From: Dyadobacter sp.
Lineage (GTDB): Bacteria > Bacteroidota > Bacteroidia > Cytophagales > Spirosomataceae
Assembly (NCBI GenBank): GCA_965227755.1
Contig: CBDDGG010000003.1
Coordinates: forward strand, 220,742 to 284,741
Length of the DNA: 64,000 bases
Reading direction: 5' to 3'
Shown: positions 18,116 through 26,734 of the stretch, piece after piece
Numbering within the stretch: the stretch's first letter is position 1
Layout of the letters: every line of letters starts with the position of its first letter
Made by a program: the position numbers and the translations under genes
Notes under the pieces: model-generated
The model's input: only the letters and a program-made list of their open reading frames with translations
Databases searched by the model: none
Told to the model about the DNA's origin: nothing

Positions 18116-21004
18116 TTAAAAAGTGTAGGTTGCTGTCAGGAAATAAGACCTTGGGGGCAGGCTCAATGTGAAAAATACGGCATTGGGATTGCCTTCCATC
18201 TGGGCCTTCGTGAAGCCCTGGGTGTTCAGCGAAGCCGGAAACCCGCCCGGTGCGGACCAGCCCATAATGCCGTTTTGATAGAATACATTATTGACATTGG
18301 CCTGAATCTGTAACCTGCGGGAGACGTTATAACCCAGGTTCAGATTGGTCTGGTCGAAGCCTGGCAGGTAAAATACGTTTGCAACGTTGCCTGCCCGCCT
18401 GCCCATATACGACCAGTCGATCGAGCCGTAGATTTTGTCCGAGGTATAGGTCGGGGAAATGCGCAGGATCTGGCGGGGCGAATAGTCGGTTTCGTTGCCT
18501 GAGTAACTTTGAATCTGATCGTCCGCCTTGCCGTTGCCATTCAGTACCCAGGTATTGAAATCGACTGCCGTTGATTTCTGGAACGTTGCCACAGCCCTGA
18601 CGCTGAGTTGTTTGGTCAGGTTGTAAGTCCCTTCAATTTCGACGCCCACGGTTTTAAACTTGTTGTAAAGAACGGCGGTCGTGTAGGTGGAGGTCAGCTC
18701 GGCTGACTCCTGCCCGAGCGCCTGCTGTGGTACTTTGCCCAGCAGACTGTAAAACGGGGTAACGAAGAGCGAAAACCGGTCTTTTTTGGCTTTGAAACCC
18801 ACTTCATATTGCTGTGTGCTTTGGGCGATCGGGTTGAGGTAATCGGCATTGACCGAAGACTGTACATTGAGATAGATACCCAGATCGGGTGCTTTGCGGC
18901 CCTGCGAATACCGGGCGTACACGGCAAGCTGATCATTGAATTTGTAATTCAGGCCCGCCGAATAGGAGATCGTTTTGACTGATTTGTTATAGCCCAGGGT
19001 CGAGGTTACGGCTCCGCCCATGTTGTCATATAATGTCAGTGGGTTTTTGTCCGTTCCCCCGTCGGTGGAAGTCGTTGCCGAGGCGATCTGATTGCTGCCT
19101 CTTACCCATATACGTTCGAAGCGAATGCCCCAGTCGAAGTTCAGTTTATCGGACATTTCCCAGTTGTGGCCGAAGAAACCCGCCAACTGATTTTGGGTGA
19201 GGTCAAAGATATTGGTGGCGACACTTCTGCCCGAGCCGCCCGTTATGCCCTGCGGATTGGTAACCTGGTACACCTTTCCCTGCATGTCGGTATAAACGAT
19301 GGCCGTCGGTTGTGGACGCGGGCTTACCATGAGCCCGAACATGCTGCCGACTCCGTTCGGATTGCGCCGGCTGACACTGGCATGCGCATAATACAGACCT
19401 CCCGTAAAACTCATGTGGCTAAGCCGTTTGGTCAGGGTAAGCTGGTCGATGGTTTCCTTTACGCGGTTATCAAACACGATCAGCGGATTGAACAGCAGGG
19501 AGTTTTTCTGGATCTGTTCCCCGGGCAAGTTGCTGCTGTTGACGGTAAATTTAAGTCCGGCGGGTGCCCCGTTCACGAAGTTGATGCCCTGGGTAACATT
19601 GGCCAGTTCAGTACCGGTGGCCAGGTCCCGGAACGAATACGTACCGAGCTTTCCCGCCAGGCTGTTCACCCCGTAGAAGGTCACGTTATCAATCGCAAAC
19701 GGGTATGGAATGGAGGTCGTGTTCCAATAGGACGTTTTGTAGGAATATCGGACCTTGTTGTCGAGCGTCCATCCTCTGCCGAAACTATGGTCGAAATTGA
19801 GCCCGATGGCCAGGTCTTTCGAGTGAATCTTGTCCCGCGAATCAAAAGTACCCCGCTCGCCTGTCTGGTTGATGGTGTAGTCGGCTGAAACAGGGGGGAT
19901 CAGTACCGAGCTTGTTTGCTTGACCCCAGGCGCGAGATGAGGGTTTTTGAAATCGACGGTCGGCAACTGTTCAAACCACGAATTGTGGTCATTCAGGTAT
20001 TTGGCGTACAATTTCAATGAGCCCTTTTTGAAGTGTTTCGCCACATTGGCTTTGATTTGGCCACCATTATTCATGGGATACCCCGGATAGCGGGCACCGT
20101 TGTTCTGCCGCCAGAAGCCCCCCATGTTAAAGGTGAGCGTCTTGTCGCTGCCCAGCGGGCCACCAACATTGACATCGGCCCGGTAATAGGGGTTTCGGCC
20201 ATTGCCTTCCAGCCCGAATTTGGCCCGCGCCTGCGCCCCGAACGTCTGGCCTCCTGTTTTGGATACATAATTGAAAATACCACCTGGCGCATTGTTACCG
20301 AGAATCGACGCTGTACCGCCCCGGACGGCTTCCAATTTGCCTAATGTGAGGTCTGGCCGGAGGAAGAAATCCGGGCCGTAATTTCCATAGGTGGCGTTCG
20401 TTACGGGCAGGCCGTCCTCTTGCATCGAAACATAGTAATACCCATTGGATACATCGTTCCCGCCCACATTCACGCCCCTGGAACTGACCGTGTTGCGGAT
20501 TTCCCCCAGCGATGCATTGACGTACACGCCCGGCACATTCCGCAATAGATCGGCCGCACTCAGCGGGGCCTGCATTTGAATGAGCTTCGAGGGAAGAACG
20601 GATATCGCGACCGAGGATTCCATCCGGCTCCGCTTATCGAACACCCCTGTTACGATCACTTCGTCCAGACTGGCAGGGCTTTCTGTGAGCGTCACATCAA
20701 TGGTCGTCTGGGAGCCAACGGCTACCTCTTTGGGTAAAAAACCAATAAAACTAAACACCAGCGTCGCGGACGGGCTAAGGTTCGAAAGCTGATAACTGCC
20801 CGAACCATCGGTAACCGTACCCTGCGCGGCACCTTTCACTTTTACACTGACGCCCAAAAGGGCTTCTCCTTTTCCATCGGCCACCTTTCCGTGAACCGAC
20901 GACTGAGCTAACGCAACCTGACAACTGAAAACGAATAGGAACGCAAGTCCAAAGAGCGGCCGGAATATCTTTTCAGGCCGGGGAAGGTAGAATTGTCTGT
21001 TCAT
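18116..21004 (-). CDS. TonB-dependent outer-membrane receptor (CarboxypepD_reg + plug + barrel), no SusD partner
   Basis: 962-aa ORF. It has a signal peptide, the segment VHGKVADGKGEALLGVSVKVKGAAQGTVTDGSGSYQLSNL, a plug (DEVIVTG...), and a long barrel ending ...FLTATYTF with a terminal aromatic. Confidence 0.9.
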   Translation of the reverse strand: MNRQFYLPRPEKIFRPLFGLAFLFVFSCQVALAQSSVHGKVADGKGEALLGVSVKVKGAAQGTVTDGSGSYQLSNLSPSATLVFSFIGFLPKEVAVGSQTTIDVTLTESPASLDEVIVTGVFDKRSRMESSVAISVLPSKLIQMQAPLSAADLLRNVPGVYVNASLGEIRNTVSSRGVNVGGNDVSNGYYYVSMQEDGLPVTNATYGNYGPDFFLRPDLTLGKLEAVRGGTASILGNNAPGGIFNYVSKTGGQTFGAQARAKFGLEGNGRNPYYRADVNVGGPLGSDKTLTFNMGGFWRQNNGARYPGYPMNNGGQIKANVAKHFKKGSLKLYAKYLNDHNSWFEQLPTVDFKNPHLAPGVKQTSSVLIPPVSADYTINQTGERGTFDSRDKIHSKDLAIGLNFDHSFGRGWTLDNKVRYSYKTSYWNTTSIPYPFAIDNVTFYGVNSLAGKLGTYSFRDLATGTELANVTQGINFVNGAPAGLKFTVNSSNLPGEQIQKNSLLFNPLIVFDNRVKETIDQLTLTKRLSHMSFTGGLYYAHASVSRRNPNGVGSMFGLMVSPRPQPTAIVYTDMQGKVYQVTNPQGITGGSGRSVATNIFDLTQNQLAGFFGHNWEMSDKLNFDWGIRFERIWVRGSNQIASATTSTDGGTDKNPLTLYDNMGGAVTSTLGYNKSVKTISYSAGLNYKFNDQLAVYARYSQGRKAPDLGIYLNVQSSVNADYLNPIAQSTQQYEVGFKAKKDRFSLFVTPFYSLLGKVPQQALGQESAELTSTYTTAVLYNKFKTVGVEIEGTYNLTKQLSVRAVATFQKSTAVDFNTWVLNGNGKADDQIQSYSGNETDYSPRQILRISPTYTSDKIYGSIDWSYMGRRAGNVANVFYLPGFDQTNLNLGYNVSRRLQIQANVNNVFYQNGIMGWSAPGGFPASLNTQGFTKAQMEGNPNAVFFTLSLPPRSYFLTATYTF

Positions 21005-21338
21005 CTATAAATCGGTTATTGTGTACAAATCAAGTAATTGCTTTTGTCCGAAGTATGGTATTGAACGGGTTGTATTTTTCCATGATGTTTCGTTTCTGAA
21101 ACACCGCGTTTTACCCATGTTTTTCCATTAAATACCCTGTCGACCGCCACCAGAAACATGCTCTTGCTTATTCTTCCTGACGCAGACAAACAGCTCAGTG
21201 AATCCACCAATCAGCAGAGAATACCGGCAGACTTCCGAGCGAAAGGCTGGGGGATTTTAAAAAGTCCAGCCATGTCATAATAGCATGATTGGAAGCTACT
21301 TATTTCAATGCGTATATATTGTATCATATATTACTTCA

Positions 21339-21346
21339 CAAATATA
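21339..21346 (-). promoter_or_regulatory. candidate -7 promoter box TATATTTG for the TonB-dependent receptor operon
   Basis: Plus strand CAAATATA at 21339-21346 reads TATATTTG on the minus strand. This would give a ~330-nt leader before the ATG at 21004. Confidence 0.3.
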
Positions 21347-21362
21347 GAGGTAAAATATTATT

Positions 21363-21384
21363 ATTATCTACATAAATAGATAAT
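21363..21384. promoter_or_regulatory. perfect 8-6-8 palindrome ATTATCTA-cataaa-TAGATAAT (candidate operator)
   Basis: Read directly. It lies 17-38 nt upstream (minus-strand sense) of the TATATTTG box. It sits in the 719-nt divergent region between the receptor gene and the Nudix-type regulator gene. Confidence 0.45.
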
Positions 21385-21723
21385 ATTTTTTTTGCTTTTA
21401 TTCCAATTTTCGATGCTGCCATCCTAGTCACTGGGAGCCTACATTTTTTTTACTAAACTTGCCTTCGCCTTTTAAGGGACGTTGCTTGAATGTGTCGTCA
21501 GCGCTCGACTATATCTTGAACTAATTAAAGAAATGGACTGGCCGCGAGACGTTCTGTGTTCATATTTACCAGCGACTTCTGATTTGAAATGAGATGGGTA
21601 AATGAGAAATTGGCGGATATTTTCTACAATAGCAGATAATACGCGCAAATCTGTATATTTGGGACCTCCGCAGCCGTCGTCGCGGTGGAATGCCCGGGGT
21701 ACTTTAAATGGACAAAATGCTAC

Positions 21724-22500
21724 ATGGAAACAGTAAGTGACAAGAATTATATTGAACAGGTATCGGTTGAGTGCGTCATTCTGGGGTACCAGAACCGGCA
21801 GCTGAAAGTACTGGTGCCTAAACTTTCTTTTAAAGGTGATTTTTGGGGACTGCCCGGCGGTTTTGTCTACCAGGATGAGGACACGGATGACGCGGCCAGG
21901 CGGATACTTCATGCGCGCACGGGTATCAAGGATGTGTATCTGGAACAATTTCAGGTGATGGGAAAGGCCAATCGGAATAGCAGGGATTTCCTCGACAGGA
22001 TGATAGAGCAGAATGCTGATCTGTTCAACAACCCACTGGCCGAAGGGCAACGGAGCCGAATGGACTATGACTGGTTTACCCGGCGTTTCATATCCATTGG
22101 CTACTATGCGCTGGTAGATATGAGCCAGGTCATTCCGCAGAAGACGGACCTTGACGTATCGATCGAATGGTATCCTGTCAAGGAATTGCCTCCGATGATC
22201 ATGGATCATAACCAGATCGTGGAAAATGCGCTCACGACGCTAAGGCTTACAGTCGACCAGAAATTAAATGCATTCAATCTGCTTTCGGAGACGTTCACGA
22301 TGCAGGAGATCCAGGAACTTTATGAGGCTATTTTTGACAAACGTTTTGCGCAGAACAACTTTCCCAAACGCATTCTGCGCCTGAACGTCCTGGAACGTCT
22401 GGAGAAGAAATACACCGGGGCTGCCAATAAAGCACCTTACCTGTACCGTTTCAACAATGAACTCCAAAGTCAGTTGTTGACGAATGATTTGTTTGAGTGA
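21724..22500 (+). CDS. NrtR/AraR-family transcriptional regulator (degenerate Nudix domain + C-terminal winged helix)
   Basis: Preferred start is the ATG at 21724 (METVSDKNYIEQVSVECVILGY...). The Nudix-box region GGFVYQDEDTDDAARRILHARTGI keeps G-x5-E-x7-R but has RILHAR in place of REUxEE. The C-terminal part (...MQEIQELYEAIFDKRFAQNNFPKRILRLNVLERL) fits the wHTH of this family. Confidence 0.75.
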   Translation: METVSDKNYIEQVSVECVILGYQNRQLKVLVPKLSFKGDFWGLPGGFVYQDEDTDDAARRILHARTGIKDVYLEQFQVMGKANRNSRDFLDRMIEQNADLFNNPLAEGQRSRMDYDWFTRRFISIGYYALVDMSQVIPQKTDLDVSIEWYPVKELPPMIMDHNQIVENALTTLRLTVDQKLNAFNLLSETFTMQEIQELYEAIFDKRFAQNNFPKRILRLNVLERLEKKYTGAANKAPYLYRFNNELQSQLLTNDLFE

Positions 22501-22507
22501 AGGAGCT

Positions 22508-23230
22508 TTATTCCTTTCCGGAATATCCTGTTTCCTCTTTTTTCGCCGCAAATCGCACAATCTGGTTTTCCTGATATTTCCTTAGCTCGTTCAGTGTTTC
22601 GGCCCCCAGCGCCTCGACCAGCAAATCGTTAAAACCTCTGGTTCGGTTCTCGCTCAGTATTTTCCCATGCTTCGTTTCAATTGGTCCCAGCAAGCTAAGC
22701 ATCAATTGAATGTCCACTTTTGACATCTCTCCAAACAGCAGGTAGGCCGGAAAGTAAAGCCGCTGATAGAGGGAAAAAAGTAATTGCTTTCCCGTATCGG
22801 TGAGTTGGACCAGCTTAGCCCGCTTGTCCGAAGGGTCGGTCCGCTCGGAGATATAATCCGCTTTTTTTAACCGGTTCAATAAGTCGATACCGGTGGTTTG
22901 CTCGAAAAAGTTGTAACTGATCACATCAATTTTTCGGGCTTCCCCCTGATGAAAAATCATATTCAGGCAGTAGAATGCGTCAAGTTCCACTTCGTCGCCC
23001 TCTTTCAATGCTAACTTGGAGTAGGTTGTAAGCATGGTGCCTAGCCTGCCTACCAATTTAGCAACTGTCGCCGTCTGATCAGGCGGCTCCAAACCCGAAA
23101 AGAGCCTTTCCGGCGCCTTTTCGATCTCCACCTTGGCTATATAATGCTTGCAAAAATCCGATACTGTCGCATCGGGATGGGTTTCCTGATAAGAATCCCA
23201 TTCGCTGATCAGCTCAACAACTGGCTTCAT
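22508..23230 (-). CDS. MarR-family winged-helix regulator with N-terminal extension (paralog of 11462-12106)
   Basis: 240-aa ORF. MKPVVELISEWDSYQETHPDATVSDFCKHYIAK... parallels the other copy. MarR-like core: ...TTGIDLLNRLKKADYISERTDPSDKRAKLVQLTDTGKQLL. Confidence 0.75.
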   Translation of the reverse strand: MKPVVELISEWDSYQETHPDATVSDFCKHYIAKVEIEKAPERLFSGLEPPDQTATVAKLVGRLGTMLTTYSKLALKEGDEVELDAFYCLNMIFHQGEARKIDVISYNFFEQTTGIDLLNRLKKADYISERTDPSDKRAKLVQLTDTGKQLLFSLYQRLYFPAYLLFGEMSKVDIQLMLSLLGPIETKHGKILSENRTRGFNDLLVEALGAETLNELRKYQENQIVRFAAKKEETGYSGKE

Positions 23231-23337
23231 AATTAATCGATTTTGTCGGAAAGTTAAATAAAATAATCGGTTTCGTTGTTTTTATATCTTTTTCGATCTA
23301 ATTTTAGTCAATTAATAACTAAATCGATGTAATAACC

Positions 23338-23865
23338 GTGGGGATTTCTTTAAATGCTTTATCAATTAATAGCCGAGCCGCTGATCAATCGCTGTTGATT
23401 ACGACAGTTGCCTACCTGTTGCTAAACGGAGCCCAGTTATTTGAAACGGCTGTCCTTGTTCCCGTCTGGACCGCTGCACCCCCGGCGTCGTTGCATTTAT
23501 TTCAGGGGCAATTTGGGCTGGATTTCAAGAGTTTCTGGATCGTGGCTCATTCCCTGCACGAGCTGACGTTTCTGGCAGCGCTCCTACTTAACTGGAAAAT
23601 AGCGCCGCGCCGCCGTGTATTGATTGTTGTCCTTGTAATCCATATGATAGTGCGGGCCTGGACGCTGCTTTACTTCGCACCTGTCATCATTTCTTTTCAA
23701 CAGACACCTTTTAGTGCGACGATCAACCAGACTCTGCAAGAAAAGGCAGCATTATGGCGAACTCTGAACGTGATCCGCGTTGCGATTTTTACGCTACTCT
23801 CGTTCGCTCTGATCCCACTCAATAGAATTGGGAGCGAGACTCGCAATGCGCTTTCTCAAGCCTGA
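23338..23865 (+). CDS. 4-TM membrane protein (possibly DUF1772/anthrone-oxygenase-like; family not verifiable here)
   Basis: 175-aa ORF that needs a GTG start at 23338, as there is no upstream in-frame ATG. Four hydrophobic segments are visible by eye. It is divergent from the MarR paralog and followed by a FAD monooxygenase gene. Confidence 0.55.
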   Translation: MGISLNALSINSRAADQSLLITTVAYLLLNGAQLFETAVLVPVWTAAPPASLHLFQGQFGLDFKSFWIVAHSLHELTFLAALLLNWKIAPRRRVLIVVLVIHMIVRAWTLLYFAPVIISFQQTPFSATINQTLQEKAALWRTLNVIRVAIFTLLSFALIPLNRIGSETRNALSQA

Positions 23866-23911
23866 CGGTCTTAAGAGCGACGCACATCATTCTTCAAAGC
23901 ATCATATCCAT

Positions 23912-25096
23912 ATGAAAGCAATTATTATTGGCAGCGGTATTGCAGGCCCCGCTATGGCACTTGCCCTGAAAAAAATTGGCATAGCGTCTGTCATCTACGA
24001 GGCAAAACCCGATGCGGACGATGGGGGTGCTTTTCTCGGTATTTCCCCCAATGGACTCAACATTTTAAAGGAATATGTCGCATTGGATGAGATCCAGGCG
24101 GATTGTACATCTGGCAGTATCCGGTTTTTCAATGCCCGGAATAAACCCATTGGCGTGATTGATAATGCTGACCAGCTTTCCCGCTACGGCAGTCAGACCA
24201 TTCAACTGAAACGGAACTTTCTCAATGGCGCCTTGCGCAGGGCCGCCCGTGAGGCCGGTATCGGTATCGAATTTGGCAAACGCCTGGTTTCGGTCATGCA
24301 AGATGGAGAAGGCGGAATGGTAACAGCCCATTTCGCGGACGGCTCCACAGCCGAGGGGGATTTGTTGATCGGTTGCGACGGCATCCATTCGGCTGTTCGC
24401 AAGGCGCTTTTCCCAAATGTACCCAAGCCGGAATACACCGGTTTGTTGTCTACCGGAGGGATTACCCGCCTGACCAGCTTCCCGCTTTCTACCGACGCCA
24501 TCCATATGACATTTGGCGAGCGCGCGTTCTTCGCCTATGCCGTTTCCAATAACGGAGAAATCTGGTGGTTCAACAACATCGGTCAAACTGCCGAACCGCT
24601 TCGCAATGAGCTGAAAGGACCGGAACTGGCTGATCTGAAAAACAGATTGCTGGCATTACACGAGAACGACCCTGAACCCATCACATCTATTATCCGGGCG
24701 GCGCATTCCATCGACATTTACCCGATTTACGACATACCAAATTTACCGCAATGGCATCAGGGGCGCGTTTGCCTGATAGGCGATGCAGCCCATGCGACAG
24801 CCCCGCATATTGGCCAGGGTGCTTCGTTGGCGCTGGAAGACACGCTGGTGCTGGCGCAGTGTATCCGGGATTTCGCTGATCTGCCCACTGCCTTTGCCCG
24901 TTTCCAGTCGTTGCGCCAGGCACGGGTGGAAACCATTATCCGTCAGGCCCGTAAAGTTGGAGACAGCAAAACCGTTCCTAACCGCTTTCAACAGTTTTTC
25001 CGCGACTTGCTACTCCCCCTGTTCGTTAAACTGGAAGCCCGAAAAATGGACTGGATCTATGGCTACCGGGTAGACTGGCACCGCAAACTGACGTGA
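23912..25096 (+). CDS. FAD-dependent (salicylate-hydroxylase-type) aromatic monooxygenase
   Basis: Preferred start is the ATG at 23912 (MKAIIIGSGIAGPAMALALKK, GxGxxG). Also present: CDGIHSAVR, and GDAAHATAPHIGQGASLALEDTLVLA typical of group-A flavoprotein monooxygenases. Confidence 0.9.
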   Translation: MKAIIIGSGIAGPAMALALKKIGIASVIYEAKPDADDGGAFLGISPNGLNILKEYVALDEIQADCTSGSIRFFNARNKPIGVIDNADQLSRYGSQTIQLKRNFLNGALRRAAREAGIGIEFGKRLVSVMQDGEGGMVTAHFADGSTAEGDLLIGCDGIHSAVRKALFPNVPKPEYTGLLSTGGITRLTSFPLSTDAIHMTFGERAFFAYAVSNNGEIWWFNNIGQTAEPLRNELKGPELADLKNRLLALHENDPEPITSIIRAAHSIDIYPIYDIPNLPQWHQGRVCLIGDAAHATAPHIGQGASLALEDTLVLAQCIRDFADLPTAFARFQSLRQARVETIIRQARKVGDSKTVPNRFQQFFRDLLLPLFVKLEARKMDWIYGYRVDWHRKLT

Positions 25097-25113
25097 TTAA
25101 ACATAAAAGAGCC

Positions 25114-26103
25114 ATGAAAACAATCCTGATCAAGCACACCGTCTTCCTGCTCCTCGGCATTGCCAACGTAATCAGTTCATGTGACGTCAATGACCTGAAA
25201 CCCATTGCCAATTCGGCAACGCTGCCCACGAGGTTGTCGGATTATAATATATTCCAAAACGTTGGAGCTGGATTGCCGACCGCCCGGTTTCATACTTATC
25301 GGCTGGCGACCCCGCTTTTCACCGATTATGCCGAAAAACAGCGCCTGCTTTATCTGCCCCAAGGCACACATCTTTCTTTCGATCAATTCGGTAATCCCGT
25401 TTTTCCAGACAGTTCGATGCTGGTCAAGACCTTTTTCTATTACTCAGACAAAAGAGATACGACGGCCGGGAAGCAACTGATAGAGACACGCATTCTGATA
25501 AAAATTAAGGGCCAATGGAATGTGGGTACCTATGAGTGGGACGAAGCGCAGACTGACGCGTTTTTGCTGGATGCCGGAACAGACAAGCCAGTGAGCTGGG
25601 TGAATGAGCTGGGCATCCGAAAAACCATTTTATATCATATTCCTTCCTCCGCGGAATGTTCGGGTTGCCATCGTTCCGACCAATCGGTGACACCCATCGG
25701 ACCGAAAGCCCGAAACCTGAATATACCATTGGAAGGCCATTCGGGCCATGAAAACCAGCTTTCGTATTTCCAGAAAACCGGTATCATGAAATTGGCACCC
25801 GCTGACCAGCAAACCACGTTGCCAGACTGGCAAAACCCTTCCTATACGCTCGCGCAACGAGCCAGGGCCTACCTGGACGTCAATTGCGCCCATTGCCACT
25901 CCACCAAAGGTTTAGCGCAGAACACCCGTCTGTTGCTCGACTACGCGCTGCCGTTCGCAGACACGCGCATCCACGCACGCAGGAACGATATTCTCCACCG
26001 GATACAATCAACCAACAAGAATATTCGTATGCCGAAGTTGGGGGCCACAGTGCCGGATTCAGCCGGGATAGCACTGATCAAGGCATATATTGAATCCCTG
26101 TGA
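25114..26103 (+). CDS. lipoprotein with two CxxCH (c-type haem attachment) motifs, function unknown
   Basis: Preferred start is the ATG at 25114 (MKTILIKHTVFLLLGIANVISSC, lipobox). CSGCH is encoded at 25657-25671 and CAHCH at 25885-25899. It starts 18 nt after the monooxygenase stop. Confidence 0.75.
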   Translation: MKTILIKHTVFLLLGIANVISSCDVNDLKPIANSATLPTRLSDYNIFQNVGAGLPTARFHTYRLATPLFTDYAEKQRLLYLPQGTHLSFDQFGNPVFPDSSMLVKTFFYYSDKRDTTAGKQLIETRILIKIKGQWNVGTYEWDEAQTDAFLLDAGTDKPVSWVNELGIRKTILYHIPSSAECSGCHRSDQSVTPIGPKARNLNIPLEGHSGHENQLSYFQKTGIMKLAPADQQTTLPDWQNPSYTLAQRARAYLDVNCAHCHSTKGLAQNTRLLLDYALPFADTRIHARRNDILHRIQSTNKNIRMPKLGATVPDSAGIALIKAYIESL

Positions 26104-26192
26104 CCCCGGATTTCCGGTGAGGTTTGCCTACCCACTGTAGCGTTTACTTCCACTGATACGTCATGTGTTTGAAATCAAATCAATTGCAAACC

Positions 26193-26672
26193 ATGAAAAA
26201 TATCAGACTGTTTGGAAAAGGAATGTTGTTGCTGTCGTTGCTCTCATTCTCCGCTTGTAATCATGACAATCAAAATGTAAAGCCCGACCCGGGCAGTGAC
26301 CTGAACGGTGATTACGAACGGATCATGAAGAGCCGGTCAGATTCAAAAGGCGTTCCTTTCGAAATCTCGAAAATTGTACTTACCGGAAACATGCTGGCCA
26401 TCGATGTGAAGGGCGGCTGTTCGGCGGATGACTTCAAAACAATATGGGACGGATTGATCTTCGAATCTTATCCGCAGCAGATCAGACTGGTGGTAGCCAA
26501 TGAAAGCAACAACGACGCCTGCGAGCCTAAAGGGGCATACACGTTGCAGGTTGATCTTAAAAAATTGATAGGCGATTCCTTTAATCCAACTGATTTTGCC
26601 GTGATGGTGTCCAATGGGTCCAAGGTGGCCGACAAAGTGGTCGACGAGAACGGCAGCGTGTCGAATTTGTAA
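26193..26672 (+). CDS. small lipoprotein, function unknown
   Basis: Preferred start is the ATG at 26193 (MKNIRLFGKGMLLLSLLSFSAC, lipobox). It is 159 aa, contains conserved-looking Cys pairs, and is followed by a terminator-like hairpin. Confidence 0.65.
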   Translation: MKNIRLFGKGMLLLSLLSFSACNHDNQNVKPDPGSDLNGDYERIMKSRSDSKGVPFEISKIVLTGNMLAIDVKGGCSADDFKTIWDGLIFESYPQQIRLVVANESNNDACEPKGAYTLQVDLKKLIGDSFNPTDFAVMVSNGSKVADKVVDENGSVSNL

Positions 26673-26682
26673 AAAGCAAGGT

Positions 26683-26728
26683 AATCGCGCCCGCTGCCCA
26701 TACCAGGCATCGGGCGATTAAATTTTTT
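26683..26728 (+). terminator. candidate intrinsic terminator after the 23338-26672 gene string
   Basis: AATCG(CG)CCCG at 26683-26693 pairs with CGGGCGATT at 26711-26719 (9 bp with a 2-nt bulge). It is followed by AAATTTTTT (T-run 26723-28). Confidence 0.4.
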
Positions 26729-26734
26729 CCTACT

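Noticed and set aside
21005-21338. Possible riboswitch in the ~330-nt leader of the TonB-dependent receptor (cobalamin, TPP and similar)
   Set aside because: I read the minus-strand leader looking for a B12 box (AGYCMGGAGACCKGCC-like), GGTGAAANTCC-type elements and the TPP CTGAGA/ACCTGA motifs. Only vague resemblances turned up (GGTGGATTCAC). There is not enough to call without a covariance-model scan (Rfam/Infernal), which would be the decisive test.
21472-22209. 245-aa minus-strand ORF overlapping the Nudix-regulator gene and its upstream region
   Set aside because: The plus-strand frame encodes a recognisable Nudix fold plus wHTH. The minus-strand product has no motif and would leave the regulator gene unexplained.
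11399-23334. Identical 10-mer CGATGTAATA in both MarR divergent regions (11399-11408 and 23325-23334) as a possible shared operator
   Set aside because: The orientation relative to the MarR genes differs between the two loci. By my rough estimate, a single 10-mer match between two ~100-140-nt AT-rich regions is only marginally unexpected. It needs motif statistics or EMSA before being called.
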